A stretch of 64,000 nt of DNA, taken from positions 3,183-67,182 of the forward strand of contig CAWIVJ010000013.1 of the NCBI GenBank assembly GCA_963839525.1. Direction: 5' to 3'. This document shows, piece by piece, positions 1 through 9,394 of this stretch (within the stretch, counting starts at the first letter, position 1; the number at the start of each line of letters is the position of its first letter). The stretch comes from an uncultured bacterium (GTDB taxonomy: Bacteria; Cyanobacteriota; Vampirovibrionia; Gastranaerophilales; Gastranaerophilaceae). A program made the translations under genes and the position numbers. Under the pieces are notes generated by a model. It had not been told where the DNA came from. It was given only the letters and a program-made list of their open reading frames with translations, and searched no databases.

Positions 1-369
1 GCAAGAGTATACGTTATTGTAAATTGTGCAGCATATGCCCCTGAAGCAAATAGTGCAGCAATAAGGGTAATAAAAAATTTTTGTAGCAGATTAGAACTTA
101 ATTGGAGATTTGCGGTTTCTATTGGAAGCGGCCTTCTCATAAAAATGACAAAAAAAATTCCATTTTTAAATAAAGCACATCGAAATATACAAAAGGTTTT
201 TATAACAATTTTGGAAGATGTGAACAATAAAGACAATAATGAGAAAGATGATATTTTAATAAAACCCAATACTCCTGAACCATCTTATTCTAATTACTCT
301 AATGTAAACGATAATAAATTATTAAAAAAATTTATGTGTTATTTATTAAAAAAAGCCCGCAGAGAGTAA
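1..369 (+). CDS. 3' end of a CDS running in from upstream of the window; possibly a flavodoxin-like / NAD(P)H-dependent oxidoreductase family protein
   Basis: Frame 1 is open from base 1 and is in frame with track ORF 145..369. The N-terminal part (ARVYVIVNCAAYAPEANSAAIRVIKNFCSRLELNW) resembles flavodoxin-fold proteins from memory only. Confidence 0.3.
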   Translation, partial: ARVYVIVNCAAYAPEANSAAIRVIKNFCSRLELNWRFAVSIGSGLLIKMTKKIPFLNKAHRNIQKVFITILEDVNNKDNNEKDDILIKPNTPEPSYSNYSNVNDNKLLKKFMCYLLKKARRE

Positions 370-644
370 TTTTTGCACCAGTAGATTAAGAGACTTTTGC
401 TGCGTAAATTACATCCTCCACTATAAAAAAGAGAGTTCATAAAGGACTTAAGTATAAAGAACAAAATAACTTTAACAGGATTAACAGCAAGCGGTGAACA
501 TGTATTTATAGAACTGAATATAGAAGATTTAATAAAAGCAAGAAACGAATATGTTAAAAATAACAAAGAATACGTGAAAAAAAACCATAATGGGAGACTT
601 GTTTAAAATACTTTTTGACTAAAATTCTTTAATATTGACTTTAT

Positions 645-1289
645 TTATAAATAATCAACTTTTCCGCTGTCTAAATGGTAATAACCGCCTATTATTTTAA
701 TTTTATCTTCTTCCACATATTTTTTTATAATAGGCTTTGAATTTTTTAATTCATTTACAACATTAATTACGTTATTTTTTACAGTATTTTCAACAATATC
801 TCCATGTTGTTTTAATGCTTGCTTCACTGCAGGCTCAATCGATTTTACAAAACTTTTTATATGTACAGATTCTCTGTTATGCTTAATAGCAGCTTGAACA
901 GCACCACAATTCTGATGTCCGAGAACAAGTATCACCGGCGTTTCAAGATGAACAACAGCATATTCAATGCTGCCTATGACCTGATTATCCAAAACATTTC
1001 CGGCATTTCTTATCTCAAAAATATCACCTAATCCCTGATCAAAAATAATTTCGGGCGATACTCTAGAATCAGAACAAGAAATTATTACAACAAAAGGATG
1101 CTGACCTTCAACCAGTTCCATCCTCTTTGCTATTGATTGATCCGGATGAATAAGCTTCATTTTAACAAATCTTGCATTACCTTCATTAAGCTTTTTTAAA
1201 GACTCTTCTATGGATATATTTTTTGCTCCAGAAGCTTTGACATTGGAGGCAAAAATTAATAACACAAAAATAATAAGTAACTTTTTCAT
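645..1289 (-). CDS. beta-class carbonic anhydrase with N-terminal signal peptide
   Basis: CSDSR and GHQNCGAV motifs typical of beta-CA. Hydrophobic N-terminus MKKLLIIFVLLIFASNVKA. Confidence 0.85.
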   Translation of the reverse strand: MKKLLIIFVLLIFASNVKASGAKNISIEESLKKLNEGNARFVKMKLIHPDQSIAKRMELVEGQHPFVVIISCSDSRVSPEIIFDQGLGDIFEIRNAGNVLDNQVIGSIEYAVVHLETPVILVLGHQNCGAVQAAIKHNRESVHIKSFVKSIEPAVKQALKQHGDIVENTVKNNVINVVNELKNSKPIIKKYVEEDKIKIIGGYYHLDSGKVDYL

Positions 1290-1334
1290 TTTTAAATTTT
1301 CCTGATTAAATTAATATCCACTATAAAATAACAC

Positions 1335-1360
1335 AAAAAAAGAGGCTTTAAAACCTCTTC
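1335..1360 (-). terminator. rho-independent terminator downstream of tRNA-Gly
   Basis: Hairpin AGAGG-CTTTAAAA-CCTCT at 1341-1358, followed on the minus strand by a T-run (plus-strand A-run 1335-1340). Confidence 0.6.
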
Positions 1361-1364
1361 AAAA

Positions 1365-1439
1365 TGGAGCGGGAGACGAGGCTCGAACTCGCGACATCAT
1401 CCTTGGCAAGGATGCATTCTACCACTGAATTACTCCCGC
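1365..1439 (-). tRNA. tRNA-Gly (anticodon GCC), CCA encoded
   Basis: The reverse complement reads GCGGGAG TA ATTC AGTGGTA GAAT G CATCC TTGCCAA GGATG ATGTC GCGAG TTCGAGC CTCGT CTCCCGC T CCA. This gives a complete cloverleaf. Confidence 0.9.
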
Positions 1440-1576
1440 ATAGTGTAATTATATTTTACCTAATCAAAAAAAAATTGCAAATGTTTGATTAACCTTTATT
1501 TACATGTGTATTTTTTACACAGAAAAATTAAATTAAGATTTTAATTAACAAAACTTAATAAAATGGTAATTAATTC

Positions 1577-1617
1577 TTATGTAGTGAATATATATTTAAT
1601 ATATGTTCACTACATAA
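1577..1617. promoter_or_regulatory. 18-bp inverted repeat (operator-like) upstream of the 537-aa gene
   Basis: TTATGTAGTGAATATATA ... TATATGTTCACTACATAA, one mismatch, 5-nt spacer, about 165 bp upstream of ATG 1783. Confidence 0.3.
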
Positions 1618-1782
1618 TTTATATTTAACTAAAAACTAAACTTAAAGCTTAAGCTCAATGTTCATAGTTATTTTAAGCTTTTTAAAATTTTTTAATTACA
1701 CTTATTTGTAAAAAGCAATTTATAAAAACAAAAAGTGTTTATGTAATTAAGAGGATTTTTAAAAACACGGGAGGATATTTAT

Positions 1783-3396
1783 ATGAATGGAATTTATATG
1801 CCAAATTTTTATTCTGGGTTTTCAGCGCCGGATATTTCAAGTTATTTAAACATGATGAATAGTTTTTCAAGTATTCAAACACCTCCGACTTATAATTTAC
1901 AATTGCCGGATATTTCAAGTTATTTAAACATGATGAATAGTTTTAGTTTTTCAGGTAATCAAATACCAATGCCGGATTATTCAAGTGTAAATAGAATTTT
2001 AAAAGAATCAAATGAAGCCAGAAGAAAACAAGAAGAAGAAGCTAAAAAAGCCGAAGAAGAAAGAATTAAAAATGAAAAAATTGCACAAGAAGAAGAATTA
2101 AAGCAAGCAATAGCAAAAGAAATTAAACAAATAAACGCTTTAAATGAAGCAAAAGCTTCGCTGGAAGGCAAAAAAGAATCTCAACCGAAGAAATTAAACT
2201 TTTTGGAAAAAATCGGTTATGGACTGAAAGGCTTATGTAAAAATGTTACAAATCTCTGGACAGATAAAGAAGGTAAATTCAGTTGGGCAAAACTAGGAAC
2301 TTCAGTTGCTATTGGCGCAGGAGTTGTAGCTTTAGATGTTATTACTTGTGGCGCATTAACACCTGTTTTAATAGGAGCAGGCGTAGTTCTTGGCGGATAT
2401 CAAACAATAAAAGGTGTATCGGAAGCATCTAAAGCCAAAACCAGAGAAGAAGAAATAAAAGCTTTTGAAGATATAGGAGAAGGAGCAGGAGCTCTTGCTT
2501 TATCTATTGTTAGCTTAAGAAGTGTTAACGCTGCAAAAAATGCCTCAAGAGCAGCAAAAGCAGAAACTCTTGCCACAACATTAATAGGTGAATTGAAAAA
2601 CATAAAAAATATTAAAGGTATTAATCTACAGTCTTTTAAAACTATTATAAACACATTAAAAAATGCAGGAGGAAATAAAAAAATCATTAATACCGCATTG
2701 AAAGAAATAAAAATTCTATCAAAGACAAAAGGTATTAAACTTCCTAAATCCGATAAAATTGTTCTTGAAACTATTAATAACTTAGCAGGAAAAGGTCTTC
2801 ATAATGTTAAGAATGCTATGGCCAATCCTTTACTTAAAGAAAGTAAAATCTTAACTGACTTAGAAGGAGTTTGCACTAAATTAGACGATATAGAAGGCTT
2901 AGGCTCTATAATTGCAAGATTAAAAAATGCAACTAACAGAAGTGAAGCTTTAAAGATTTTAAAAGAAGCAGGAAAATTAGCTAAAACTTCTGCTAAAATT
3001 GGAAAGAATGAATTAGAATTATTGTTAAGCCAACTTAAAAGACAGGTAATACAAGATAACAGCTTTGGAACACTTATAAAATCTAATTTATCTAAAGAAA
3101 ATCTGGTAAATATGGCAGTTACTTCAGGTGATAAATTTAAGAACTATCCTTACTTAAGTACTCTGCCAAGACTTTCAGTATCAGAAGTTGCAGCAGTTAA
3201 AATATCTAGTCATATTTCAGACGAAGTTGAAGCAGCAAAAGAAGCTGAAAGACTGGCAAAAGAAGTTTTAATGGACGAAATAGATGAAAAAATTAAAATA
3301 GAAGTAAAAGAATTAGCAAAACTACTTGATATAGAAATAAAAGACAAAACGTTTGAAGAAATTCAAGAAGAAATAGAATTAAAAATAGCAGCTTAA
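1783..3396 (+). CDS. hypothetical membrane-associated coiled-coil protein
   Basis: 537-aa ORF with GGAGG about 8 nt upstream of the ATG. It has an N-terminal duplicated PDISSYLNMMNSFS motif, a charged EEEAKKAEEE helix, a hydrophobic Gly/Ala/Val segment (TSVAIGAGVVALDVITCGALTPVLIGAGVVLGG), and a strong terminator after the stop. No family recognised. Confidence 0.6.
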   Translation: MNGIYMPNFYSGFSAPDISSYLNMMNSFSSIQTPPTYNLQLPDISSYLNMMNSFSFSGNQIPMPDYSSVNRILKESNEARRKQEEEAKKAEEERIKNEKIAQEEELKQAIAKEIKQINALNEAKASLEGKKESQPKKLNFLEKIGYGLKGLCKNVTNLWTDKEGKFSWAKLGTSVAIGAGVVALDVITCGALTPVLIGAGVVLGGYQTIKGVSEASKAKTREEEIKAFEDIGEGAGALALSIVSLRSVNAAKNASRAAKAETLATTLIGELKNIKNIKGINLQSFKTIINTLKNAGGNKKIINTALKEIKILSKTKGIKLPKSDKIVLETINNLAGKGLHNVKNAMANPLLKESKILTDLEGVCTKLDDIEGLGSIIARLKNATNRSEALKILKEAGKLAKTSAKIGKNELELLLSQLKRQVIQDNSFGTLIKSNLSKENLVNMAVTSGDKFKNYPYLSTLPRLSVSEVAAVKISSHISDEVEAAKEAERLAKEVLMDEIDEKIKIEVKELAKLLDIEIKDKTFEEIQEEIELKIAA

Positions 3397-3424
3397 AAAA
3401 AGGAGGTCCTAAGACCTCCTTTTT
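3395..3424. terminator. bidirectional intrinsic terminator between convergent genes
   Basis: A-run, AGGAGGTC-CTAA-GACCTCCT, then T-run. Overlaps the obg stop codon. Confidence 0.7.
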
Positions 3425-4694
3425 AGTTATCTTCGTAATGAGTAAATTCTAAGTGCTCAATAATTATTGTATCTCCATCTTTAATTCCCTTTTTATTCAA
3501 CTCTTCAAAGACGCCCATGTTTTTTAAAATATTTTGTAACCTGAGAATTTGTTCAACATTTCTTGCATCGGTTACATTTGCCAGTCTTTTGATTTTGCCG
3601 CCGAAAACCATAAAGGTATTTTTATCGGCTTTTACAACCTCAAAAGAACTGTCATCATTATCATAAGCCCCTAAATCTTCTTGTATTTCAATTTCAAAAG
3701 CCTGTTTTGGAATTTCATCAACCTTTTGAGAGATAAAATTCTTTAATTCTTCAATATTTTCTCTTGTTACTGCAGAAATTAAAAATACATCTTTAGCAAT
3801 TTTTTTAAATTCTTTTAAGTGCTGCTGTTTTTCTTCATCAGTTACTACATCTATTTTATTTAGAGCAACTATTTGGTATAAATTTGCCAGTCTTTGCGAA
3901 TGTTTTTTTAATTCAAGATTAATTTTGTTATAATTTTCTATAGGATTTTCTGAAGTTAAGTCAATAATATGAACTAAAAAACGGCATCTTTCAATGTGGC
4001 GCAAGAATTCATGCCCCAAACCTATTCCCTCGCTTGCACCTTCAATCAAGCCCGGGATATCAGCAACCACAAACCCGTCACCCGAAGGTTTTGTTACAAC
4101 TCCTAAATTGGGAACAAGTGTTGTAAAAGGATAATCTGCTATTTTTGGTTTAGCAGAACTTATAACACTTATAAAAGTTGACTTCCCTGCATTAGGCATA
4201 CCTAAAAGCCCTACATCGGCAATTAGTTTTAATTCAAGTTCCAAATCTCTTTCAATAGGCGGTTCTCCGGGTTCACAAAACTGGGGGGCACGCTTTTGAG
4301 AAGTAGCAAAGCGGGCATTTCCGCGACCGCCTCTTCCGCCTTTTGCCGCAAGAACAGTATCATTATGGTGAGTTAAATCAGCAATAATATTGTTTGTTTT
4401 CAAATCTCTTATCAAAGTTCCTACCGGAACTTTTATGTATAAATCTTTTCCGCAGCGTCCATGCTGGCTTTTGCTCCTGCCGTTAACTCCGTTTTCTCCT
4501 TTAAAAACGGACTTATATTTAAAATCCATTAAAGTTGAAAGGTTTTCATCCGCAATAAAGTAAATGTCTCCGCCGGCTCCGCCATCTCCGCCGGCAGGAC
4601 CGCCTTTATCGACATATTTTTCTCTTCGCCAGGCTACTATGCCGTTTCCGCCACGCCCTGAAAGAATTTTGATTTTTGCTTTATCTAAAAACAT
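3423..4694 (-). CDS. obg: GTPase Obg/CgtA with C-terminal OCT-type extension
   Basis: N-terminal FLDKAKI...GGNGIVAWRREKYVDKGGPAGGDGGAGGDIYF glycine-rich Obg fold. G1 motif GMPNAGKST and DIPGLIEGA. Confidence 0.95.
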   Translation of the reverse strand: MFLDKAKIKILSGRGGNGIVAWRREKYVDKGGPAGGDGGAGGDIYFIADENLSTLMDFKYKSVFKGENGVNGRSKSQHGRCGKDLYIKVPVGTLIRDLKTNNIIADLTHHNDTVLAAKGGRGGRGNARFATSQKRAPQFCEPGEPPIERDLELELKLIADVGLLGMPNAGKSTFISVISSAKPKIADYPFTTLVPNLGVVTKPSGDGFVVADIPGLIEGASEGIGLGHEFLRHIERCRFLVHIIDLTSENPIENYNKINLELKKHSQRLANLYQIVALNKIDVVTDEEKQQHLKEFKKIAKDVFLISAVTRENIEELKNFISQKVDEIPKQAFEIEIQEDLGAYDNDDSSFEVVKADKNTFMVFGGKIKRLANVTDARNVEQILRLQNILKNMGVFEELNKKGIKDGDTIIIEHLEFTHYEDN

Positions 4695-4851
4695 TACTTA
4701 TTATCCTTATTTTGGTGCAGTTTACTGCACCCTGCTTTTTATTTACAGGTTTTATATCTTTGTAAAAAGTGAAAGATGAAGAGTGAAGTGTTTTCACTTT
4801 ATTCTCCACGCTCAACTCTTCATACATTCATATTTATTGTACAATATTACT

Positions 4852-5964
4852 ATGAATAACACAAAAAAGACACTTTTTAGCGAAAAAACTGTAAAAATAG
4901 GCGAAGATTCCGGATATGACAATTACATAATGGCTATTGAAACAAGTTGCGATGAGACAGCCTGTGCAATTGTAAAAAACGGGCGTGAAGTTTTATCAAA
5001 TATTGTTGCATCACAAATTAAAACACATGAAAAATACGGCGGGGTTATTCCTGAAATCGCTGCAAGGGAACATTTGGAAGCAATCAATATTGTAATTGAA
5101 GAAGCTTTTAAACAGGCAAATCTTGAGCCCGAACAAATTAGCGCATTTGCCGGAACCGTAGGTCCGGGGCTTGTAGGCTCGCTTCTGGTAGGGCTTAATG
5201 CTGCAAAAACTCTTGCTTTAGTTCATGATAAACCTTTTATCGGAGTAAATCATTTGAATGCTCATGTTTTTGCAAATTATATTGATACAGACTTAAAACC
5301 ACCTTTTATTGCTTTACTTATAAGCGGCGGGCACACTCAAATAATTGAAGTTAAATCTCATTCAGAACAGAATATAATTGGTGAAACAATTGACGATGCT
5401 GTAGGAGAAGCTTACGATAAGGTCGCAAGACTTGTAGGTCTGCCTTATCCGGGCGGGCCTTTACTTGATAAATTAGCTAAAGAAGGCAACAAATTTGCTT
5501 ATAAATTGCCTGAAGCCAAAGTAGGAGAGTATGATTTCAGCTTTAGCGGACTAAAGACTGCGGTTTTGCGACTTGTCCAAAGCTTGGACAAAGCAAAAAG
5601 CAAAGAGCAAAAAGCGAAAAGCAAAAAAAACTCACCTGCTCAACTTCTCACCTCTCACCTTTCACCTCTCACCATTGCCAACCTTTGTGCAAGTTTTCAA
5701 GAAACAGTGTCGGAAGTCTTATTGAAAAAAACCAAACGGGCATTGGAAGAAAAAGGTTATAAACAGGTTGTATTAGCAGGCGGAGTTGCTGCTAATTCTG
5801 AAATCAGAAGAAAATTCTTTGAACTTGAAAAAGAAGGTTACAAAGTTAACGCTCCTGCAATGAAATATTGTACGGATAATGCTTCTATGATAGCATCATG
5901 CGCTTATTTTTCAACAAACACTTTTGACGATGTTAATGTTGAGGTTTTCTCAAGAGTTAAATGA
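4852..5964 (+). CDS. tsaD: tRNA N6-adenosine threonylcarbamoyltransferase TsaD (Kae1/Gcp family). Start uncertain: the track ORF starts at GTG 4783
   Basis: IETSCDETA, GVNHLNAH and GGVAANS motifs. Contains an extra low-complexity insert (see repeat 5590-5673). Confidence 0.9.
   Translation: MNNTKKTLFSEKTVKIGEDSGYDNYIMAIETSCDETACAIVKNGREVLSNIVASQIKTHEKYGGVIPEIAAREHLEAINIVIEEAFKQANLEPEQISAFAGTVGPGLVGSLLVGLNAAKTLALVHDKPFIGVNHLNAHVFANYIDTDLKPPFIALLISGGHTQIIEVKSHSEQNIIGETIDDAVGEAYDKVARLVGLPYPGGPLLDKLAKEGNKFAYKLPEAKVGEYDFSFSGLKTAVLRLVQSLDKAKSKEQKAKSKKNSPAQLLTSHLSPLTIANLCASFQETVSEVLLKKTKRALEEKGYKQVVLAGGVAANSEIRRKFFELEKEGYKVNAPAMKYCTDNASMIASCAYFSTNTFDDVNVEVFSRVK
5590..5673 (+). repeat. 84-bp heptamer-repeat block inserted in-frame in tsaD
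   Basis: About 5 x AAAGCAA-like heptamers followed by about 5 x CTCTCAC-like heptamers. Translated as KAKSKEQKAKSKKNSPAQLLTSHLSPLT. Confidence 0.5.
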
Positions 5965-5967
5965 TTT

Positions 5968-6171
5968 TTAAGCCAGAACATCTAATTTTTTTCCCGGAGT
6001 TTCGCTGGGAGTTGGTTGCTTAACATTAGCTTCGGCTTTTACTGTTACTTGTTCCGGAGCTGCTTTTACAGGTACTTCTGATGCAGATGTTTTTACCGCA
6101 GGAACTGATACTGGGGTTGTAACGCTTGGAGTTGCTTCTAATGACATAATTTTCCTTTCACATAAATTCAA
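5968..6171 (-). CDS. small hypothetical protein (Pro/Val/Thr/Ala-rich); may not be real
   Basis: ORF only; convergent with tsaD; no family recognised. Confidence 0.2.
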   Translation of the reverse strand: MNLCERKIMSLEATPSVTTPVSVPAVKTSASEVPVKAAPEQVTVKAEANVKQPTPSETPGKKLDVLA

Positions 6172-6243
6172 TAATACTTAACACTCTAATTACTTACTCT
6201 TAAAACATGTGAAGATAAAAATTTGCTATATTATGAATAAATA

Positions 6244-9183
6244 TTAAGATTTAAAAATCTCTTTTAGATATTTACCTGTATAAGATTTGGGGTTTTTGCT
6301 GACTTTTTTTGGAGTACCTGTAGTTACAATTTCACCGCCCATGTTTCCGCCTTCGGGACCTAAATCAATTATGTAATCGGCAACTTTTATCAAATCTAAG
6401 TTGTGTTCAATTATAAGAATCGTGTTTCCGCTGTTGGCAAGCTGCTGTAAAATTTTAATTAATTTATCTAAATCATGCCAGTGAAGACCAACTGAAGGTT
6501 CATCTAATAAATAAAGAGTTTTACCTGTTGCACGCTTGTTCAATTCCGATGCAAGCTTAATTCTTTGAGCTTCACCGCCTGAAAGAGTAGTTGCGCTCTG
6601 CCCGAGTTTTATATAATCCAAGCCTACATCATTTAAGGTTTTAAGCTTATTTTTAATTGATGGGATATTTTCAAAAAATTCTAATGCTTCTTTTACACTC
6701 ATATCAAGCACATCTGATATGGTTTTCCCCTTGTATTTTACTTCCAAAGTCTCTCTGTTATAGCGTTTTCCCTTGCAAACACCACATTTTACATAAACAT
6801 CCGATAAAAAATTCATTTCAATTTTTAAAACGCCATCGCCTTTACAAGCTTCGCAGCGTCCGCCTTTTACGTTAAAGCTGAATCTTCCGGGTTTATAGCC
6901 TCTGATTTTTGCTTCGTTTGTACGGGAAAACAAATCACGAATATGAGTGAAAACATCCGTATAAGTTGCAGGATTTGAACGTGGAGTTCTGCCAATTGGT
7001 GACTGGTCGATATCAATAACCTTATCAATCTTTTCAAATCCTAAAATTTCGTCAATTCCCTGAGGTTTTGGTTTGTTTTTGCGGAGTTTATGCAATGCAT
7101 ATTCATAAATCAAATCTTGCATAAGCGTTGATTTACCTGAACCCGAAACGCCTGTTAAAACATTAATTTTTCCAAGCGGAATTTCAACATCGATATTTTT
7201 TAAGTTGTTTAAGCGGGCATTTTTTACTTGCAAAAAATGCCCGCTTCCTTCACGAATTTCTTTCGGAACAGGTATAAATTTTTCTCCTTTTAAATATTTT
7301 CCCGTAATAGAATTTTTAGAAGAAATTATGTTCTCAATTGAGCCGGAAGCAACTATCTCACCTCCGTTTATACCTGCTTTAGGTCCGATATCTACAATAT
7401 AATCAGCGCTCCTGATTGTTTCTTCGTCATGCTCAACTACAATTAATGTATTGCCAAGATTTCTTAGCTTAATAAGCGTCTGAATTAAACGGGCATTATC
7501 TCTTTGATGCAATCCTATCGAAGGTTCATCCAAAACATAAAGTACACCTGAAAGGCCGCTTCCTATTTGTGTTGCAAGTCTTATTCTTTGAGCTTCTCCG
7601 CCTGATAAAGTTCCTGCCATTCTGGCAAGACTGAGATAATTTAATCCGACATCAAGTAAAAATTTTAGTCTTGCCCTTATTTCATCTAAAATTTGTTTTG
7701 CAATTTGCATTTGATAATCGGTTAATTCTAGAAATAATTCTGAGATAAAATCAAAAGCTTCGTCAATAGATAAAAGAGTAAATTCGTAAATATTAAGTCC
7801 TTTAGTTGGAATCTTCTTTACATCATCCTGAACTTGTTTCAGGATCTTTCTGGTTTGCGCATGCTGATTAGATGCTGAAACGAGTTCAGCATGACAATTT
7901 TTATTTGTTTCAGAACCTATTCTTACCGCAAGCGGGAAAGGTTTTAATCTCGCTCCTTTACAAGTTTTACAAGGAGTTGTTACCATATATTTTTGAATTT
8001 CCTCACGCCAATATTCGCAGCCTGTTTCATTATAACGTTTTTCAAGATAAGGAATCACCCCGACATATCTTGTATAGTTAGTTTGATAACGCTTTGTGCC
8101 AAATTGTTTAACGTTTATTTTAATAACATCATCGTTTCCGTATAAGATAAGGTCTTGTTGTTCTTTTGAAAGTTTTTTAAAAGGTGCGTTTATATCAATG
8201 CCGAAATTTTGGCAAACAGATTTTAATAAGTCAGAATAATAAGTAGTGGTGCTTTTAGACCAAGGATAAATTGCTCCGTCAGCTAAAGATTTGTTTTTAT
8301 CCGGAACAATTAAATCAGGGGACAAAATACTGTCAACACCAAGTCCAGAACAGTGATCACAAGCTCCATAAGGACTGTTAAAACTAAATATTCTGGGTGC
8401 TAATTCTTCAAAACATAGATTGCATTTTGCACAGGATAATTTTTCGCTGAAAATGGTTTCTTCTCCATCTTTGTCAACTATAATAATTCCATCGGCTTTT
8501 TTAAGGGCAATTTGTGTGCTATCCGCAATTCTCGATTTAGCTTCTTCTTTAACTACAATTCTGTCTACAACAACATGAATTGTATGTTTTAGGTTCTTTT
8601 CCAATTTAATTTCGTCTTCGTCAAGATTATAAATTATACCGTCAACTTTCACCCTTACAAAGCCCTCTTGGCGTAATTCTTCAAATGTTGACGCAAATTC
8701 ACCTTTTTTCCCCCGGGCTATAGGCGCTAAAATCTGAATTCTGCTTCCTTCAGGAAGATGTATTATTTTATCAACAATTTCATCAATTGTCTGAGGTTTA
8801 ATTTCATTTCCGCATTTAGGGCAATAAGGTGTTCCTACACGTGCATAAAGCAACCTTAAATAATCATAAATCTCAGTAACCGTCCCAACAGTTGAACGAG
8901 GATTGTTGCTTGTTGATTTTTGGTCGATTGAAATAGCAGGTGAAAGTCCGTCAATATGTTCAACATCGGGTTTATCCATTTGACCCAAAAACTGACGGGC
9001 ATAAGTTGAAAGGCTTTCTACGTAACGTCTTTGCCCTTCGGCAAAAATAGTATCAAAAGCCAGTGAACTTTTCCCGGAGCCCGAAACCCCTGTAAATACT
9101 ATAAGCTCATTTTTAGGCAGCTCAAGCGAAATGTTCTTTAAATTATGCTCCTTCGCCCCTGTTATGACAATTTTTTCATTCAT
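6244..9183 (-). CDS. uvrA: excinuclease ABC subunit A
   Basis: 979 aa with two ABC ATPase modules (GVSGSGKSS / [17 protein letters not shown] twice), zinc-module CxxC pairs, and end-to-end UvrA-like sequence. Confidence 0.97.
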   Translation of the reverse strand: MNEKIVITGAKEHNLKNISLELPKNELIVFTGVSGSGKSSLAFDTIFAEGQRRYVESLSTYARQFLGQMDKPDVEHIDGLSPAISIDQKSTSNNPRSTVGTVTEIYDYLRLLYARVGTPYCPKCGNEIKPQTIDEIVDKIIHLPEGSRIQILAPIARGKKGEFASTFEELRQEGFVRVKVDGIIYNLDEDEIKLEKNLKHTIHVVVDRIVVKEEAKSRIADSTQIALKKADGIIIVDKDGEETIFSEKLSCAKCNLCFEELAPRIFSFNSPYGACDHCSGLGVDSILSPDLIVPDKNKSLADGAIYPWSKSTTTYYSDLLKSVCQNFGIDINAPFKKLSKEQQDLILYGNDDVIKINVKQFGTKRYQTNYTRYVGVIPYLEKRYNETGCEYWREEIQKYMVTTPCKTCKGARLKPFPLAVRIGSETNKNCHAELVSASNQHAQTRKILKQVQDDVKKIPTKGLNIYEFTLLSIDEAFDFISELFLELTDYQMQIAKQILDEIRARLKFLLDVGLNYLSLARMAGTLSGGEAQRIRLATQIGSGLSGVLYVLDEPSIGLHQRDNARLIQTLIKLRNLGNTLIVVEHDEETIRSADYIVDIGPKAGINGGEIVASGSIENIISSKNSITGKYLKGEKFIPVPKEIREGSGHFLQVKNARLNNLKNIDVEIPLGKINVLTGVSGSGKSTLMQDLIYEYALHKLRKNKPKPQGIDEILGFEKIDKVIDIDQSPIGRTPRSNPATYTDVFTHIRDLFSRTNEAKIRGYKPGRFSFNVKGGRCEACKGDGVLKIEMNFLSDVYVKCGVCKGKRYNRETLEVKYKGKTISDVLDMSVKEALEFFENIPSIKNKLKTLNDVGLDYIKLGQSATTLSGGEAQRIKLASELNKRATGKTLYLLDEPSVGLHWHDLDKLIKILQQLANSGNTILIIEHNLDLIKVADYIIDLGPEGGNMGGEIVTTGTPKKVSKNPKSYTGKYLKEIFKS
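7822..7895. repeat. REP/MITE-like double-hairpin element, copy A, in-frame inside uvrA
   Basis: Hairpins ATCCTGAA-CTTGT-TTCAGGAT (7825-7845) and ATGCTGAA-ACGAG-TTCAGCAT (7872-7892) are inverted copies of each other. Translated as [27 protein letters not shown]. Confidence 0.7.
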
Positions 9184-9293
9184 AATTTACATTATTGCAT
9201 GTAAAAAGTAAACGGTAAATAGTAAATAGTTCTTTAAACTTTATTTAAAATTTACCATTAACTTATTAAATTTACGGAAAAAGTTCCACTTAC

Positions 9294-9363
9294 GTTACCC
9301 TGAATTTATTTCAGGGTCGCAAAGCCTCTCGCTAATGCTATTCTGAAACGAGTTCAGAATGAC
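9294..9363. repeat. REP/MITE-like double-hairpin element, copy B (intergenic)
   Basis: Arms GTTACCCTGAATTTATTTCAGGGTC and CTATTCTGAAACGAGTTCAGAATGAC. The element is nested inside a perfect 14-bp inverted repeat, TTTACGGAAAAAGT (9271-9284) / ACTTTTTCCGTAAA (9380-9393). Confidence 0.7.
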
Positions 9364-9394
9364 GTTTGCCTGTTTTAAGACTTTTTCCGTAAAC

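Noticed and set aside
339-566. 75-aa minus-strand ORF, and a start-less plus-strand ORF of about 60 codons (about 424-606, ...TLTGLTASGEHVFIELNIEDLIKARNEYVKNNKEYVKKNHNGRLV*)
   Set aside because: The minus ORF overlaps the end of the upstream CDS and looks like junk. The plus-strand frame has no start codon and no recognisable family, so it may be a gene remnant, but I cannot support a call.
9184-9300. Search for LexA/SOS boxes upstream of uvrA and recA
   Set aside because: Neither GAAC-N4-GTTC nor CTGT-N8-ACAG-type motifs were found by eye, so nothing could be annotated. The absence is noted in the recA finding.
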